A stretch of DNA of 64,000 bases from Candidatus Aenigmatarchaeota archaeon (GCA_016187335.1 JACPJW010000001.1:416001-480000), one strand, 5' to 3'. Shown: positions 18,158 through 28,590, counted from the first letter of the stretch. Notes: a model not told the origin generated them from the sequence alone. A program made the numbers and translations.

Positions 18158-18901
18158 ATGAAAGTAATCGCACTTGATTTTGACGGCGTCATTGTAGACA
18201 GCATCGGCGAGCACTATTACCTTGCTGTTTCAGCCTTTGAAGAGATGAGAAGGAACGCACAAAAATTCAGAAACCTCAGGAAGAACTTCGATTTTTTCCG
18301 CAGATTCGCAAAGGTAGCCGAGGATTTTTACGCATTTTTCGTCATGATGGAACGCGGCAAGATTCCAAAGGACGAAAAAAAGCTTGTCGCAATGCGCGAT
18401 GAAATACTGAAAAAGGAAAAGAAAAACGCCGAAAGTTTTGCGAAAATTTATTTTGACATAAGAAAAAGAACGAAAGGCAGCGAAAATTGGGCAAGGTTTT
18501 TCAAGCCAAATAAGAAGTTCGTGAGCATGGCAAGGAAGCTTTCTTTGGAACATCCCATATTCATAGCGACAACAAGAGACGGAGAAACCGCTTACAGCAT
18601 TCTCCAAAGACTCGGCGTTGAAATATCCATGGGAAATATTTTATCAAAGGATGACACTACAAACAAAGGAGAGCAGATGAGAATAATAGCCCAAAGAAGC
18701 GGCGCCAGTCTTGGCGACATAATCTTCATTGAGGATAACTTCGAGAATCTCGTGGAATCTTCCAAGACAGGCATAAAGCCCGTCCTTGTTGAATGGGGTT
18801 ACAACACGCCTAGCCAGAGAAAAGAAGCCAGGAAACTCGGCATACCTGTCCTTAAGAAAAAAGGATTTGAGAAGCAGCTTATGGAAATAATTGGGAATTG
18901 A
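18158..18901 (+). CDS. HAD-superfamily hydrolase inside the mevalonate cluster
   Basis: Motif I ALDFDGVIVD, motif II IATTRD, motif IV FIEDNFENL. Confidence 0.85.
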   Translation: MKVIALDFDGVIVDSIGEHYYLAVSAFEEMRRNAQKFRNLRKNFDFFRRFAKVAEDFYAFFVMMERGKIPKDEKKLVAMRDEILKKEKKNAESFAKIYFDIRKRTKGSENWARFFKPNKKFVSMARKLSLEHPIFIATTRDGETAYSILQRLGVEISMGNILSKDDTTNKGEQMRIIAQRSGASLGDIIFIEDNFENLVESSKTGIKPVLVEWGYNTPSQRKEARKLGIPVLKKKGFEKQLMEIIGN

Positions 18902-18905
18902 TAGA

Positions 18906-19934
18906 ATGATTACCGTCTCCGCACCGGGAAAGGTTCACCTGATAGGCGAGCACGCTGTCGTATACGGCGAGCCTGCAATAATAGCTGCTATAGGTAAGAG
19001 AACTTTTGTAACACTGGAAAAATCCCCTTCATTTGTTTACAAAGACGGCAGGTTTGACGAAGCCACGGAATTTTCCTTGGAAGAAGCCTTTGAGAAAGCC
19101 GGTGAGGCGAAAAAATTGTGGCAGGAATGTTTTGAAAAAAAGGACTTCTCGCAGCTTTTTGCTTTTGTAAAGAAGGATTACTACGGCAATTACAGAAAAG
19201 CCGCCGTCGGCTTGCTTGCGAAGAAATTCGGAATTGACCATGGACTGAAAATTCATATTCACTCAGAAATCCCGGCAGGCTCCGGCCTGGGTTCTTCTGC
19301 CTCTCTTGCGGTTGCTTTAACAAAAGGGCTTGCAGAATTTGCCGGAAAGAGACTATCCTTGGAAGAAATATACAACACTGCCTTTGAGCTTGAGCATTTT
19401 ATTCACGGCACTCCGTCAGGCGGCGACCATTCACCGCCATGTTATGGAGGCTTGATATGGTTCCAGAGAAGCCAGCCGAGAAACATAATAAAATCGCTGA
19501 AGCAGGAAATCCCATACCAGCTGGAAAACTTTGTTCTTGTTTACACAAAGGAGCCGGAAAAAAACACGGGCGAACTGGTGCAGGCAGTAAGAAACCTGCC
19601 TGAAGATTACAGAAACCCAAGAATTAAAGAAATAGGCTTGATGACGGAAGAAATGAAAGGCGCACTGATCAGGAAAGATTTCTTTAAAGTGAAGGAACTG
19701 ATGAATAAAACGCAAAGGATTCTGGCAGAGCTTGGCGTTTCCGTTCCGGAGATAGACGAGATTCACGAGGCTGTCAAAGCGATAGGCGGCGCGGCAAAGC
19801 TTTCGGGCGCAGGCGGAGGCGGCGTTATGATCTGCTATCACGAAGACAATGAAAAACTCAACGAAACAATCCGCTCCCTGGGCTACGAGCCTTTGGAAAC
19901 GGACTTGGGTGTGGAAGGAGTTAGGGTAGAATGA
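18906..19934 (+). CDS. mvk: Mevalonate kinase (GHMP)
   Basis: SAPGKVHLIGEHAVVYG, IPAGSGLGSSAS, HGTPSGGD, AKLSGAGGGG. Confidence 0.95.
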   Translation: MITVSAPGKVHLIGEHAVVYGEPAIIAAIGKRTFVTLEKSPSFVYKDGRFDEATEFSLEEAFEKAGEAKKLWQECFEKKDFSQLFAFVKKDYYGNYRKAAVGLLAKKFGIDHGLKIHIHSEIPAGSGLGSSASLAVALTKGLAEFAGKRLSLEEIYNTAFELEHFIHGTPSGGDHSPPCYGGLIWFQRSQPRNIIKSLKQEIPYQLENFVLVYTKEPEKNTGELVQAVRNLPEDYRNPRIKEIGLMTEEMKGALIRKDFFKVKELMNKTQRILAELGVSVPEIDEIHEAVKAIGGAAKLSGAGGGGVMICYHEDNEKLNETIRSLGYEPLETDLGVEGVRVE

Positions 19935-21034
19935 TTCATTATTCCGCTCCCGGCAAGCAGTTCATATCGGGCGAATGGTCTATCCTTGAAATGGGCAACG
20001 TAGGCGTCGTTGCGGCCGTGAACAAACGAGTGCACGCTGTTGTTCAGGCTGCTGAAAAAATTACAATAAGCATAGATGATTTTGCTATCAGCGGTCTGGA
20101 AGCGGATTGGAACGGGAAGGAGATTGTTATTTCAGGCGGCCATGAAAAAGAAAAGCTGCAGTTCATCAAGGAATCCATGGAGACAACGCTGCGTTTCCTG
20201 CAGGACAAAGGCATCAAAACAAAGCCGTTCAAAATCCGCAGCTGGGGCGAGCTTTCGCAAATAATTGTGAATGGCGAAGCCAAGAAAATCGGCTTCGGCT
20301 CGTCTGCTTCGGTTACAGTGGCTGTAACCGCGGTGCTTCTGGATTATCACGGGTATGAAGCAAGCAAGGAAGAAATATACAAATTAGCGACAATAGCTCA
20401 TTACTTCGCGCAAGGAAAGGTCGGCTCTGCCTTTGATGTTGCCGCATCCACATATGGCGGCGTCTTTGCTTATTCCCGTTTTGATCCTGGCTGGCTGACA
20501 AGCAAAATAGAAAGAGTAGAAAGAATTGCAGACATAGTGAAGGAAAAGTGGCCCGGGTTCTTCGTGGAGCAGCTCGAAGTCCCTGCGGATTTTTACTTGC
20601 TTATTGCTTGGACAGGAGAATCCTTTTCCACGTCCGCAGCCATAAAAAAGATGAACGAGTTCAAGGCGGCAGATTCCGGGCAGTACCAGGAACTTATTGG
20701 AAGGGTTGCAAATACGGCCCGAAGCGTTGCTGATTACTGGAAAAGAAAAGAACGGTCTTCGGTGCTGGAATTGCTGCGGAAGAACGAGGATTATTTGCGC
20801 GAGCTTGGGGAAAAATCCGGGGTTCCTATAGAAACGCCTGCGCTGAAGCTATTGGCAGATATTGCAAACAAGTGCGGCGCTGCCGGGAAGCTCTCTGGCA
20901 GCGGCGGCGGAGACTGCGGCATCGGCGTATGCTTTGATGACAGGACGGCTGGAAAAGTTAAGGAAGAATGGGAAAAAGCAGGTTTGTACTTTGTTGATGC
21001 CACAATAGACTATGAAGGCGTCAAGAAGCATTAG
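19931..21034 (+). CDS. mvaK2: Phosphomevalonate kinase (GHMP, MvaK2/ERG8-type)
   Basis: SAPGKQFISGEWSIL, KIGFGSSAS, GSAFDVAASTYGG, KLSGSGGGDCGI. Confidence 0.92.
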   Translation: MIHYSAPGKQFISGEWSILEMGNVGVVAAVNKRVHAVVQAAEKITISIDDFAISGLEADWNGKEIVISGGHEKEKLQFIKESMETTLRFLQDKGIKTKPFKIRSWGELSQIIVNGEAKKIGFGSSASVTVAVTAVLLDYHGYEASKEEIYKLATIAHYFAQGKVGSAFDVAASTYGGVFAYSRFDPGWLTSKIERVERIADIVKEKWPGFFVEQLEVPADFYLLIAWTGESFSTSAAIKKMNEFKAADSGQYQELIGRVANTARSVADYWKRKERSSVLELLRKNEDYLRELGEKSGVPIETPALKLLADIANKCGAAGKLSGSGGGDCGIGVCFDDRTAGKVKEEWEKAGLYFVDATIDYEGVKKH

Positions 21035-21219
21035 GCCTTTCTTTTGGCTACCCGGGCGATGTAGCCGGCGACCTTGTTCCTTACTATCTTGCTTTCAAAT
21101 AATTTCAGTTCCTCAAGGATTTTCTTGTTTGCTTCAAAATCCCTGGAAAATCTGTCAGGGAATTTTTCCAGCAGGTCGTTGCTTACGCCTTTGATGTCAG
21201 ATGTCATTATATTGCCCAT
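21031..21219 (-). CDS. rps17e: 30S ribosomal protein S17e
   Basis: FSRDFEANKKIL...SKIVRNKVAGYIAR signature. Confidence 0.95.
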   Translation of the reverse strand: MGNIMTSDIKGVSNDLLEKFPDRFSRDFEANKKILEELKLFESKIVRNKVAGYIARVAKRKA

Positions 21220-21296
21220 TTTTTCACCGTGAACCTTCCATTTGGATTGCTTCTTTTCCCGAAGGTTTTAATAGTATATAAAAAACTTAAATATCC

Positions 21297-22271
21297 ATGA
21301 AAGCCTTTGTCGTAAAATCGCCAATAGGCGTCTTCGCCTTCAGCGAAAGCGGCGAACTGGTTTACTACAGGGTATTCAGCAGCGATCCGCCAAAGGCGCT
21401 GCAGGAGTTTGAAAGCGTTATCGACAAAGACTTCATAGACGACCTGAAGGACTATGAATTAGCAGAAGACAAGGGCGCGCAAATGATTCTCAGAAAGCAC
21501 TTCCGGGAATATGCATTGTCTCTGGGCTTTGCAAAAAGCAGCGAGGAACTGAATAAATTTCTTTCTTCTTTTGCTGCGCTGCTCTCGCGCAAGAGGATGA
21601 AGCAGCAGATGAGTCGCGACAGGCTCATTATACAGGCATCCAACGCTTTGGAGGACATAAAGAAGACAGAAAACCTGCTTTCAGAGCGGTTCAGGGAATG
21701 GTACACCCTTCATTATCCCGAGCTGAAGAGCGTTAAAGCAGAAGATGTCATCAAATACGGCCCGCGCGAAGCGTTCCCCGATTTTAGGGAAAGCGTCGGC
21801 GTTGATCTGGCGGAAAACGATTTAGAAATAATCCTGGAGCAGGCAAAGACCCTGAAATCCGTGCAAGAGCACAGGAAAAGCCTGGAAAGGTATATCCGGA
21901 ATGCCGCAAGGGAAGTGATGCCGAATTTTTCATCTCTTATTGAACCCTTTTTGGCAGCGCGCTTTCTTTCACTGGCCGGCTCTCTGGAAAAGCTGGCCAA
22001 GATGCCTGCCTCGACGCTGCAGCTGCTTGGCGCAGAGAAGGCCTTGTTCAGGCATCTCCGTGAGAAAGGAAAGTCGCCGAAATACGGCATCCTGTTTTTG
22101 GACACCCGCATCCATACTGCGCCTGACGAGCAAAGGGGCAAAATAGCCCGCGCCATATCGTCAAAACTTATGCAGGCCGCGCGCATAGATTTTTACTCAG
22201 GCAGGGAAGAGCCGCGCCTGAAAGCAGAGCTTGGTCAAGAAATAAAGAAAATCAATGAGGAAAGGAAATGA
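21297..22271 (+). CDS. nop5: C/D box sRNP protein Nop5 (Nop56/58)
   Basis: REWYTLHYPEL, LAKMPASTLQLLGAEKALFRHL, SPKYGILF, RGKIARAIS. Confidence 0.95.
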   Translation: MKAFVVKSPIGVFAFSESGELVYYRVFSSDPPKALQEFESVIDKDFIDDLKDYELAEDKGAQMILRKHFREYALSLGFAKSSEELNKFLSSFAALLSRKRMKQQMSRDRLIIQASNALEDIKKTENLLSERFREWYTLHYPELKSVKAEDVIKYGPREAFPDFRESVGVDLAENDLEIILEQAKTLKSVQEHRKSLERYIRNAAREVMPNFSSLIEPFLAARFLSLAGSLEKLAKMPASTLQLLGAEKALFRHLREKGKSPKYGILFLDTRIHTAPDEQRGKIARAISSKLMQAARIDFYSGREEPRLKAELGQEIKKINEERK

Positions 22272-22918
22272 AAGAGATTTTTCCCGGCGTGTTCAGGTCA
22301 GGCAAAGACTTGCTTACTGTTAATTTAGTTCCCGGAAAGAGGGTCTACGGCGAAAAGCTGCTTGCCAAAGGCAGGCAGGAATTCAGGGAATGGGTCCCCC
22401 AGAGGAGCAAGCTTGCCGCAGCGATAATGAACGGGCTACAGAACATGCCGATGAAGCAGGGCAGCAGGATACTCTATCTAGGCGCAGCATCAGGGACAAC
22501 GCCGTCGCACGTGAGCGATATTGTTGGCCATGACGGAATTGTCTATGCCCTGGAATTCTCTGAACGCCCGTTCAGGTCACTGATAGAGCTGGCGCGAACC
22601 CGCAAGAACATTGCCCCGCTGCTTGCTGACGCGCGGAAGACAGAGGATTATTACTGGGTCGAGGCGTGCGACATTCTATATTGCGACATCGCGGACCCCC
22701 AGCAGACTGAGATTGCTATCCGCAATTTTGAAGAATTCATTGCCGAAGGTTTTCTTTTACTTTCAATAAAATCACAGAGCATCGACGTTGTCAAGGAGCC
22801 GCTGCGCGTTTACGAAGAGGAAAAAAGGAAATTAGAGAAAGCGGGATTTGACGTTCTTGAACTGATCGACCTAGAGCCATACGAGGAAAAGCACTGCTTC
22901 ATCGTAGCGAAGAAATAA
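22268..22918 (+). CDS. flpA: Fibrillarin-like rRNA/tRNA 2'-O-methyltransferase
   Basis: REWVPQRSKLAAAI, ILYLGAASGTTPSHVSDIV, YALEFS. Confidence 0.96.
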   Translation: MKEIFPGVFRSGKDLLTVNLVPGKRVYGEKLLAKGRQEFREWVPQRSKLAAAIMNGLQNMPMKQGSRILYLGAASGTTPSHVSDIVGHDGIVYALEFSERPFRSLIELARTRKNIAPLLADARKTEDYYWVEACDILYCDIADPQQTEIAIRNFEEFIAEGFLLLSIKSQSIDVVKEPLRVYEEEKRKLEKAGFDVLELIDLEPYEEKHCFIVAKK

Positions 22919-23971
22919 TCACTTGCACAGCTTCGCCAGGTGCTCCTTGAACTTTTCCCAGTCGCTGGTATTCAGAGTCGCGCCGGCTGCGGCTTCGTGC
23001 CCGCCTGCCGATGCTTTCAGCCCACGAGCGGCTTTCTGCAGCAGCTTTGCCACATCCATGCCGCTGTGCGTTCTTGCGGACATCTTCGCTTTCGCGCCGC
23101 TTTTCTCGTAAACGACAATTATTTTGTTCTTGTGCTTTTCCGCCAGCTTTGTTGAAATTATGGAAGAAATATTGTATCTTGATTTTATGCCGTACAAGAC
23201 AAGTCTGCCTAAAATCTCCGAGTTAACTTCGGCATCGGCGAACGTCATGTCAATTTCCGACTGCAGTTCCCTGTAGGCTTCCGTCATCTTTTCCGCGTCT
23301 TTGCTTTCCAAGAATTCTTTGTAGTCTTCGTGCCTTGCCAGAACGTTCACGATTTCCTCGCACGTCATTTTTTTCGTTGCTCTTGACGACTCGATCATGA
23401 AAGAAATCATTGAAAAATCCCCCATCGCATCATGGCCGTATCTATTTTTCACTTCGTCAACAAGCTCCTTTGAGTGGGAAAGGTCGTAATCCGCAACCAT
23501 GCCTATTGCGGCGACCCATAAATACTGCGAAATATCGTGGACCCTTGAGCAAATCTTGTAAGCTAAATAAGAAGTGGACTGGTAGATCTTTGGATTCCTG
23601 AATCGCGGGTTGTAATGCACGACGTTGCCGCTGTTTAAATTTTTGAAGACCTGGTGGTGGTCGATAATCAGGATGTCGCAGATGCCCTTCAGCTTTTTTA
23701 CAACATCCTCTTTCTGGTCTATGGCCATGTCAAGAAATATCATCTTGTTGGGCAGAGAAGTCTGAACCCTTTTTATCAAATTTTTCTCGGGCGGCATAGG
23801 CTGCGCTATGATGAAAGGCTTCTTCACGCCGTTCTTTTCCAGGGTTTTCATGACGAGCAAACAGGAAGCAATGCCGTCGCTGTCGTTGTTGAATATGATG
23901 ACTACGCCGTCTTTTGCCGTTGTGTTCTTCAGGAACTCTACGGTCTTGTCTGTTTCAGTCATGACAATCAA
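22919..23971 (-). CDS. DHH-family phosphoesterase with DHHA1 domain
   Basis: NDSDGIAS, IFLDMA, IIDHHQ, GMVADY, C-terminal AGGHEAAAG. Confidence 0.9.
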   Translation of the reverse strand: MIVMTETDKTVEFLKNTTAKDGVVIIFNNDSDGIASCLLVMKTLEKNGVKKPFIIAQPMPPEKNLIKRVQTSLPNKMIFLDMAIDQKEDVVKKLKGICDILIIDHHQVFKNLNSGNVVHYNPRFRNPKIYQSTSYLAYKICSRVHDISQYLWVAAIGMVADYDLSHSKELVDEVKNRYGHDAMGDFSMISFMIESSRATKKMTCEEIVNVLARHEDYKEFLESKDAEKMTEAYRELQSEIDMTFADAEVNSEILGRLVLYGIKSRYNISSIISTKLAEKHKNKIIVVYEKSGAKAKMSARTHSGMDVAKLLQKAARGLKASAGGHEAAAGATLNTSDWEKFKEHLAKLCK

Positions 23972-24072
23972 CAGAATAATTGAAGGAAAGGCTTAAATGA
24001 AGTTCAGAATGTTGAGGCAGAAGTCCCGGGCAAAGCTCTGTTGGAGGCAGAAAACCAATCTCCCTTTTGTTC

Positions 24073-27000
24073 TTACTTTATTTTCTTTATCTCTATACCT
24101 ATTTTCCTGCCTTCAAAGTCCAGTTTTTCCCCTTCCGCCTTCGCGAACACGACCTTCGCCGCCCCCACTTCGTTCTTTATTTCTTTTTCCCATTTCTTCA
24201 GTTCCCCGGCCCCTTCTATTTTCAAGGCAATTTTGTCCATGACAACAAGCCCTGATTTCTTGCGCATATCCTGCACTTTTCTGACAACCTCGCGGAGCAG
24301 GGCCTCTTTTTTCAGCTCGTCGGTGAGCAGCGTGTCCAGTTCCAGCTTGCCGCCGTCAAAGGGAACGCCATTGTTCGTGTTTGCAAAAACAGCGGCTTTG
24401 ACATTGCACATATTCTTTATTATTTCTGCAAAAGGCTTGAGATTCTCTTTGCTGTCCACTGTAAGCTTTGCCAGGGGCCACCTTATTTTTATGTTGCTTT
24501 CATGCCTTTGCGAGTTGGATGCTTCGACAAGGTTTTTTACGATATTCATGGCTTTCTCCGCCTTTGCGCTGATGTATTTTGAATCGTACTTAGGCCAGTC
24601 CCTGGTATGCACGGATTCCTTTTCGCCGAGGATTTCGAGGTTTATCTGCTCGGCGAGATACGGCGTTATAGGCGCTAAAAGCTGCGATGTTTTTTCTGCT
24701 ATCTCGTATAAGGTGTAAAAGGCCGCTTCCTTGTCTTTCCCTGAATACGCCGGCCATACGCGGTCCCGGATCAGCTTTATGTACCACCTTGAAAAGTCGT
24801 TTACTAGGAAATCATGCAGCTCTGTTACGGCCTTGTGGCCGTTGTAGCTGCAGAAATGCTGGGTGCAGTTCTTTATGGTGGTGTTCAGGCGCGAAAGAAT
24901 CCATTTGTCCTCTATATTCAGTTTTTTTGGCATTGAACCGCTTGACGCGTCGGTCTGTTTCGGTTTTGTTGCGTAGGTCTTCACGAAATTAAAGCTGTTT
25001 TCTATCACAATAAGAGACCTCGCAATGGCTTCAACGTCCGGCCACTTGAAGTAGAAGTCATCCCACGGCGCGCTTGACAGCAGATAGAAGCGAAGCACGT
25101 CCCGGCCGTATTTTTTTATAATGTCCTCCGGCTCGACAATATTTCCTTTGCTCTTTGACATTTTCACGCCGTGAGCGTCAAGTATGAAGCCGTGGAAAAG
25201 TATGTTCGTGAAGGGCTTCTCATCAAATGTTATTACCGACGTTATCAGCTCGGCGTTCCACCAGCCTCTGATTTGATCCGGGCCTTCTGTCTGGAAGTCG
25301 CTTGGCCACAGTTTCTTGAACAACGCCTTGTTTTTCGGGTAGCCGAGGGATGCCCATCCGGCAAGGCCGGCGTCAAACCAGACATCAAGGACATCGGCTA
25401 TCCGTTTCATCGCAGAGCCGCACCTGCATTTCAAAAAAACGTTATCAATGTAAGGCCTGTGCAAATCACGGGGTATTTCCGGCAATTCGTCAGCGGAGCC
25501 GATGACCTTGACGCTTTCGCATTTCTCGCATATCCATATCGGCAGCGGTATGCCCCAGTAGCGCTGCCTTGATATAGGCCAGTCGCCGAGGTTTTCAAGC
25601 CAGTTGTTGAACCGTTGCTTTGCCCATTCAGGGTACCAGTTCACATTCTTGTTTTCCTTGATGAGCTTGTCCCTTATCTTCGTCACGCGGAAGAACCACT
25701 GCGACACGGATATCAGCAGCAGGGGAGTGCTGCAGCGCCAGCATTGCGGGTAGTCGTGCGTTATCGTTTCCTCCTTCAGCAGCAGGTCTTTTTCCTTCAG
25801 CAGTTCAATTATTTTTTTGTCGCTTGCCTTGACAGGATTTCCAGCAAAAGCACCGCATTTCTCGTCAAAAGTGCCGTTGATTTTCACCGGAGATATTATG
25901 GGCAATTTGTTTTCCAGACCGACTTTGTAGTCCTCCTGTCCGTGCCCGGGGGCGGTGTGGACAAGCCCGGTGCCGTCTTCCATGCTCACGTACTGCTCTG
26001 AAAGCACAACCTTGTGCGCGCCTTTGAGCTGCTGCTGGAATGTAAAAATGTCCCGGAGCGGATGCTCGTATTCTGTCCCAGCCAGCTTTTTTCCGGGAAA
26101 CGTTTCCACAATGCTGAATGGCAGTCCGGCTTTCTTCATAACAGCTTCAAGAAGCGGCTTTGCCAGGATAAGAAATTCAGTTCCACCAGAACTTTCCACC
26201 ATTACCTTGACATATTCGTGCTTCGGATGCGCCATGATGCCTGTATTAGCTGGTAACGTCCACGGCGTTGTCGTCCATATGACCAGGAACACGTTTTCTT
26301 GTCCTTTCACCGGAAACTTAACATAAATAGAAGGGTCCTTGGCTTTGCTGTATTCTATTTCGTTGTACGCAACGGCTGTTTCGCAATTATGTGTCAAGAA
26401 GCCGTTAGTTATAAAGTTGTGATGAGTTTCAACTGCTATATCACATACTTTCCGTTTCCCCTTATATTTTATAGAATTTATTTCATCCCAAATAAATCCG
26501 TCTCTGAGGTCTTTTGCAGCATTTTTTAACCATGCATCGAATGCAGGGGTATATTTGGCAGCACGAACTGACTTAGACTTGCCATAAACCACATGCCTTA
26601 CATAAAGTTCAGGTAAGTTAAGCATAATTGCGATTTTGCTGCAAGGGATCTTAGAATGTCTTAGTGATAAGATCCTACCTTTCAATTTTCTGTATTGTTT
26701 CTCAAGTGATTTTTTGTACAGAAGATAGCCCAAAACATGCGAAGCCCTGATTTTTCTGTATTTACAGTACTCGTATCCTAAATACCGTATGAATTTAATG
26801 AGGTTGTAATCGTTGCAATCTATACTGATAGTGGTCTTCGATTTTTCTATTTTATTAACAATATTTCTTTCTGTTTTTATTTCTCCTGTCGATACCCCAA
26901 ACTTATTGATAAGCGCGCATATCTGTTTTGCAAATTCCATCCCGTTTTCTTCTAGATGTCTATTTTTTGTAAGGTAAAGCCTCAGGCATTCAAATCCCTT

Positions 27001-28590
27001 TCCATATTTTCTGGGGCTTATTATCTGGAGTTCGCTTCCGAAGTAAGATGCCAAAAATTCCCTTGTTAATTTTTTATTGGACTTTATCCATTTTGGCACA
27101 AATGTCTTTGTTTCCGTCTTTTTTCCTATAGGACAGCCTAGCGTTATAAGCAAAACAGCCAAAGACAAAGAATAACATCTCATGGATGTTGTAAATCCCT
27201 TTATTGCTCTGCCATTTACGACAGATTTAGTTGGCACGGTTGAAATATCCGAATGGCTAAAGCCAAGAATCTTTAGGTCTTTTTGGATTTCTTTTAAATC
27301 TTCCTCTTTTCCGCAGAAATCTATGCCAAATACCGGGAATTTTCTGTTTTTAGATGTACGTACAACAATAGATCCATCACCAAAAATATGACCTGCCAAT
27401 CTGGCTAAAATAAATGATTTTGTAGATTTACTGTGAAGAGGTATCAGTTCTTTATCTTTCAATTCATTTATTATAGAATCGTAGCGCGTAAACGTATTTA
27501 CTTTTAAAATTTTTGCTACCCATGATTTTGAAACTCTTATTTTGAAGGCGTTTTGTATTTCTTTAATAATTTTAGTATATGAATAGTTATTTTTTCTAAG
27601 TTCGGCAACAAAGTTCTTAATTTTAATTTTCGAATGACTTGTAAGGTCGTTAAATTTATGCAGATCTCTGAAAACTATATTTTCTAAGTTCTGCAAAGTA
27701 AACATTACATTATTCTCATTTACAAGAGCTTTGCCTGTTTCCGTAATTTCCGGCAGTCTGCTTTCCACATTATTATATACGGCCACTTTGGTTCCTATTC
27801 TGAGCTTAGAAAGAGTCATCCATCCATCTTGCGTCCAGAACGGATGATCACTCGAAGCGATTAGTTTCTTTCCTGTTAGCGTTTTTACAAGAAATACATT
27901 ATCTTCCAATTCCACATAGCCCAGAGGTTTTGCCGTAGTTAGAAGTTTAGAATTAGTATCAACAGCTACAACCGTGTTGTGTTTCCAGCAGCCTTTCAGT
28001 TCTCCTATTTTTCTTGTTCCCCCTTCAACAAGAATAGTAGAATTAGGATCAACGCATCTCGGGCATACATGCACCGGATAAAGACCCTTGTAGAGCAGTC
28101 CCTTGTCGTAAGCGGTCTTGAACGTGTGCCACGCGCCCTCTATGTACTCGTTGTTGTACGTTATGTAAGGGTTGTCCCAGTCCATCCACACGCCAAGATT
28201 CAGGAACTGGTTATTCATGACAGAAATGAACTGGCTGACGAACGCCCTGCATTCCTTGTTGAATCTCTCGACGCCTAGCCTTTCTATATCAGCCTTTGAT
28301 TTTATCTCCAGTTTTTGCTCGACCTTGTTTTCTATCGGCAGCCCGTGGGTGTCGTAGCCCGGCTGGTCCCATACGTCGAAGCCGGACATGCGCCAGAATC
28401 GGATGTAGCTATCCTTCAATATTTTGTTCCAGGCAGTGCCTATGTGTATGTAGCCCGTGGCGTAAGGCGGGCCGTCAAGGAAGTAGAATTTCTTCTTTCC
28501 TTTTCTTTTTGTCTTGGCCTTCTGGTAAATGCCGTCTTTTGCCCAGAACTCGGCGATTTCTTCTTCTTTTTTCTTGCGGCTTTCTATCAT
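24073..28590 (-). CDS. ileS: Isoleucyl-tRNA synthetase containing an intein (spliced length 948 aa)
   Basis: DGPPYATG-HIGT (HIGH), GYDTHGLP, WTTTPWTLPAN, GTGLVHTAPGHG, WPISRQRYWG, KMSKS; CPR|CETAVA is interrupted by the intein. Confidence 0.97.
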   Translation of the reverse strand: MIESRKKKEEEIAEFWAKDGIYQKAKTKRKGKKKFYFLDGPPYATGYIHIGTAWNKILKDSYIRFWRMSGFDVWDQPGYDTHGLPIENKVEQKLEIKSKADIERLGVERFNKECRAFVSQFISVMNNQFLNLGVWMDWDNPYITYNNEYIEGAWHTFKTAYDKGLLYKGLYPVHVCPRCVDPNSTILVEGGTRKIGELKGCWKHNTVVAVDTNSKLLTTAKPLGYVELEDNVFLVKTLTGKKLIASSDHPFWTQDGWMTLSKLRIGTKVAVYNNVESRLPEITETGKALVNENNVMFTLQNLENIVFRDLHKFNDLTSHSKIKIKNFVAELRKNNYSYTKIIKEIQNAFKIRVSKSWVAKILKVNTFTRYDSIINELKDKELIPLHSKSTKSFILARLAGHIFGDGSIVVRTSKNRKFPVFGIDFCGKEEDLKEIQKDLKILGFSHSDISTVPTKSVVNGRAIKGFTTSMRCYSLSLAVLLITLGCPIGKKTETKTFVPKWIKSNKKLTREFLASYFGSELQIISPRKYGKGFECLRLYLTKNRHLEENGMEFAKQICALINKFGVSTGEIKTERNIVNKIEKSKTTISIDCNDYNLIKFIRYLGYEYCKYRKIRASHVLGYLLYKKSLEKQYRKLKGRILSLRHSKIPCSKIAIMLNLPELYVRHVVYGKSKSVRAAKYTPAFDAWLKNAAKDLRDGFIWDEINSIKYKGKRKVCDIAVETHHNFITNGFLTHNCETAVAYNEIEYSKAKDPSIYVKFPVKGQENVFLVIWTTTPWTLPANTGIMAHPKHEYVKVMVESSGGTEFLILAKPLLEAVMKKAGLPFSIVETFPGKKLAGTEYEHPLRDIFTFQQQLKGAHKVVLSEQYVSMEDGTGLVHTAPGHGQEDYKVGLENKLPIISPVKINGTFDEKCGAFAGNPVKASDKKIIELLKEKDLLLKEETITHDYPQCWRCSTPLLLISVSQWFFRVTKIRDKLIKENKNVNWYPEWAKQRFNNWLENLGDWPISRQRYWGIPLPIWICEKCESVKVIGSADELPEIPRDLHRPYIDNVFLKCRCGSAMKRIADVLDVWFDAGLAGWASLGYPKNKALFKKLWPSDFQTEGPDQIRGWWNAELITSVITFDEKPFTNILFHGFILDAHGVKMSKSKGNIVEPEDIIKKYGRDVLRFYLLSSAPWDDFYFKWPDVEAIARSLIVIENSFNFVKTYATKPKQTDASSGSMPKKLNIEDKWILSRLNTTIKNCTQHFCSYNGHKAVTELHDFLVNDFSRWYIKLIRDRVWPAYSGKDKEAAFYTLYEIAEKTSQLLAPITPYLAEQINLEILGEKESVHTRDWPKYDSKYISAKAEKAMNIVKNLVEASNSQRHESNIKIRWPLAKLTVDSKENLKPFAEIIKNMCNVKAAVFANTNNGVPFDGGKLELDTLLTDELKKEALLREVVRKVQDMRKKSGLVVMDKIALKIEGAGELKKWEKEIKNEVGAAKVVFAKAEGEKLDFEGRKIGIEIKKIK
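26386..28056 (-). mobile_element. Intein (557 aa) with LAGLIDADG homing endonuclease in the IleRS CxxC zinc knuckle
   Basis: Starts CVDPNSTILV; block B ASSDHPFWT; LAGLIDADG blocks LAGHIFGDGS and FLASYFGSE; ends VCDIAVETHHNFITNGFLTHN followed by Cys+1; visibly AT-richer than the flanks. Confidence 0.96.
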
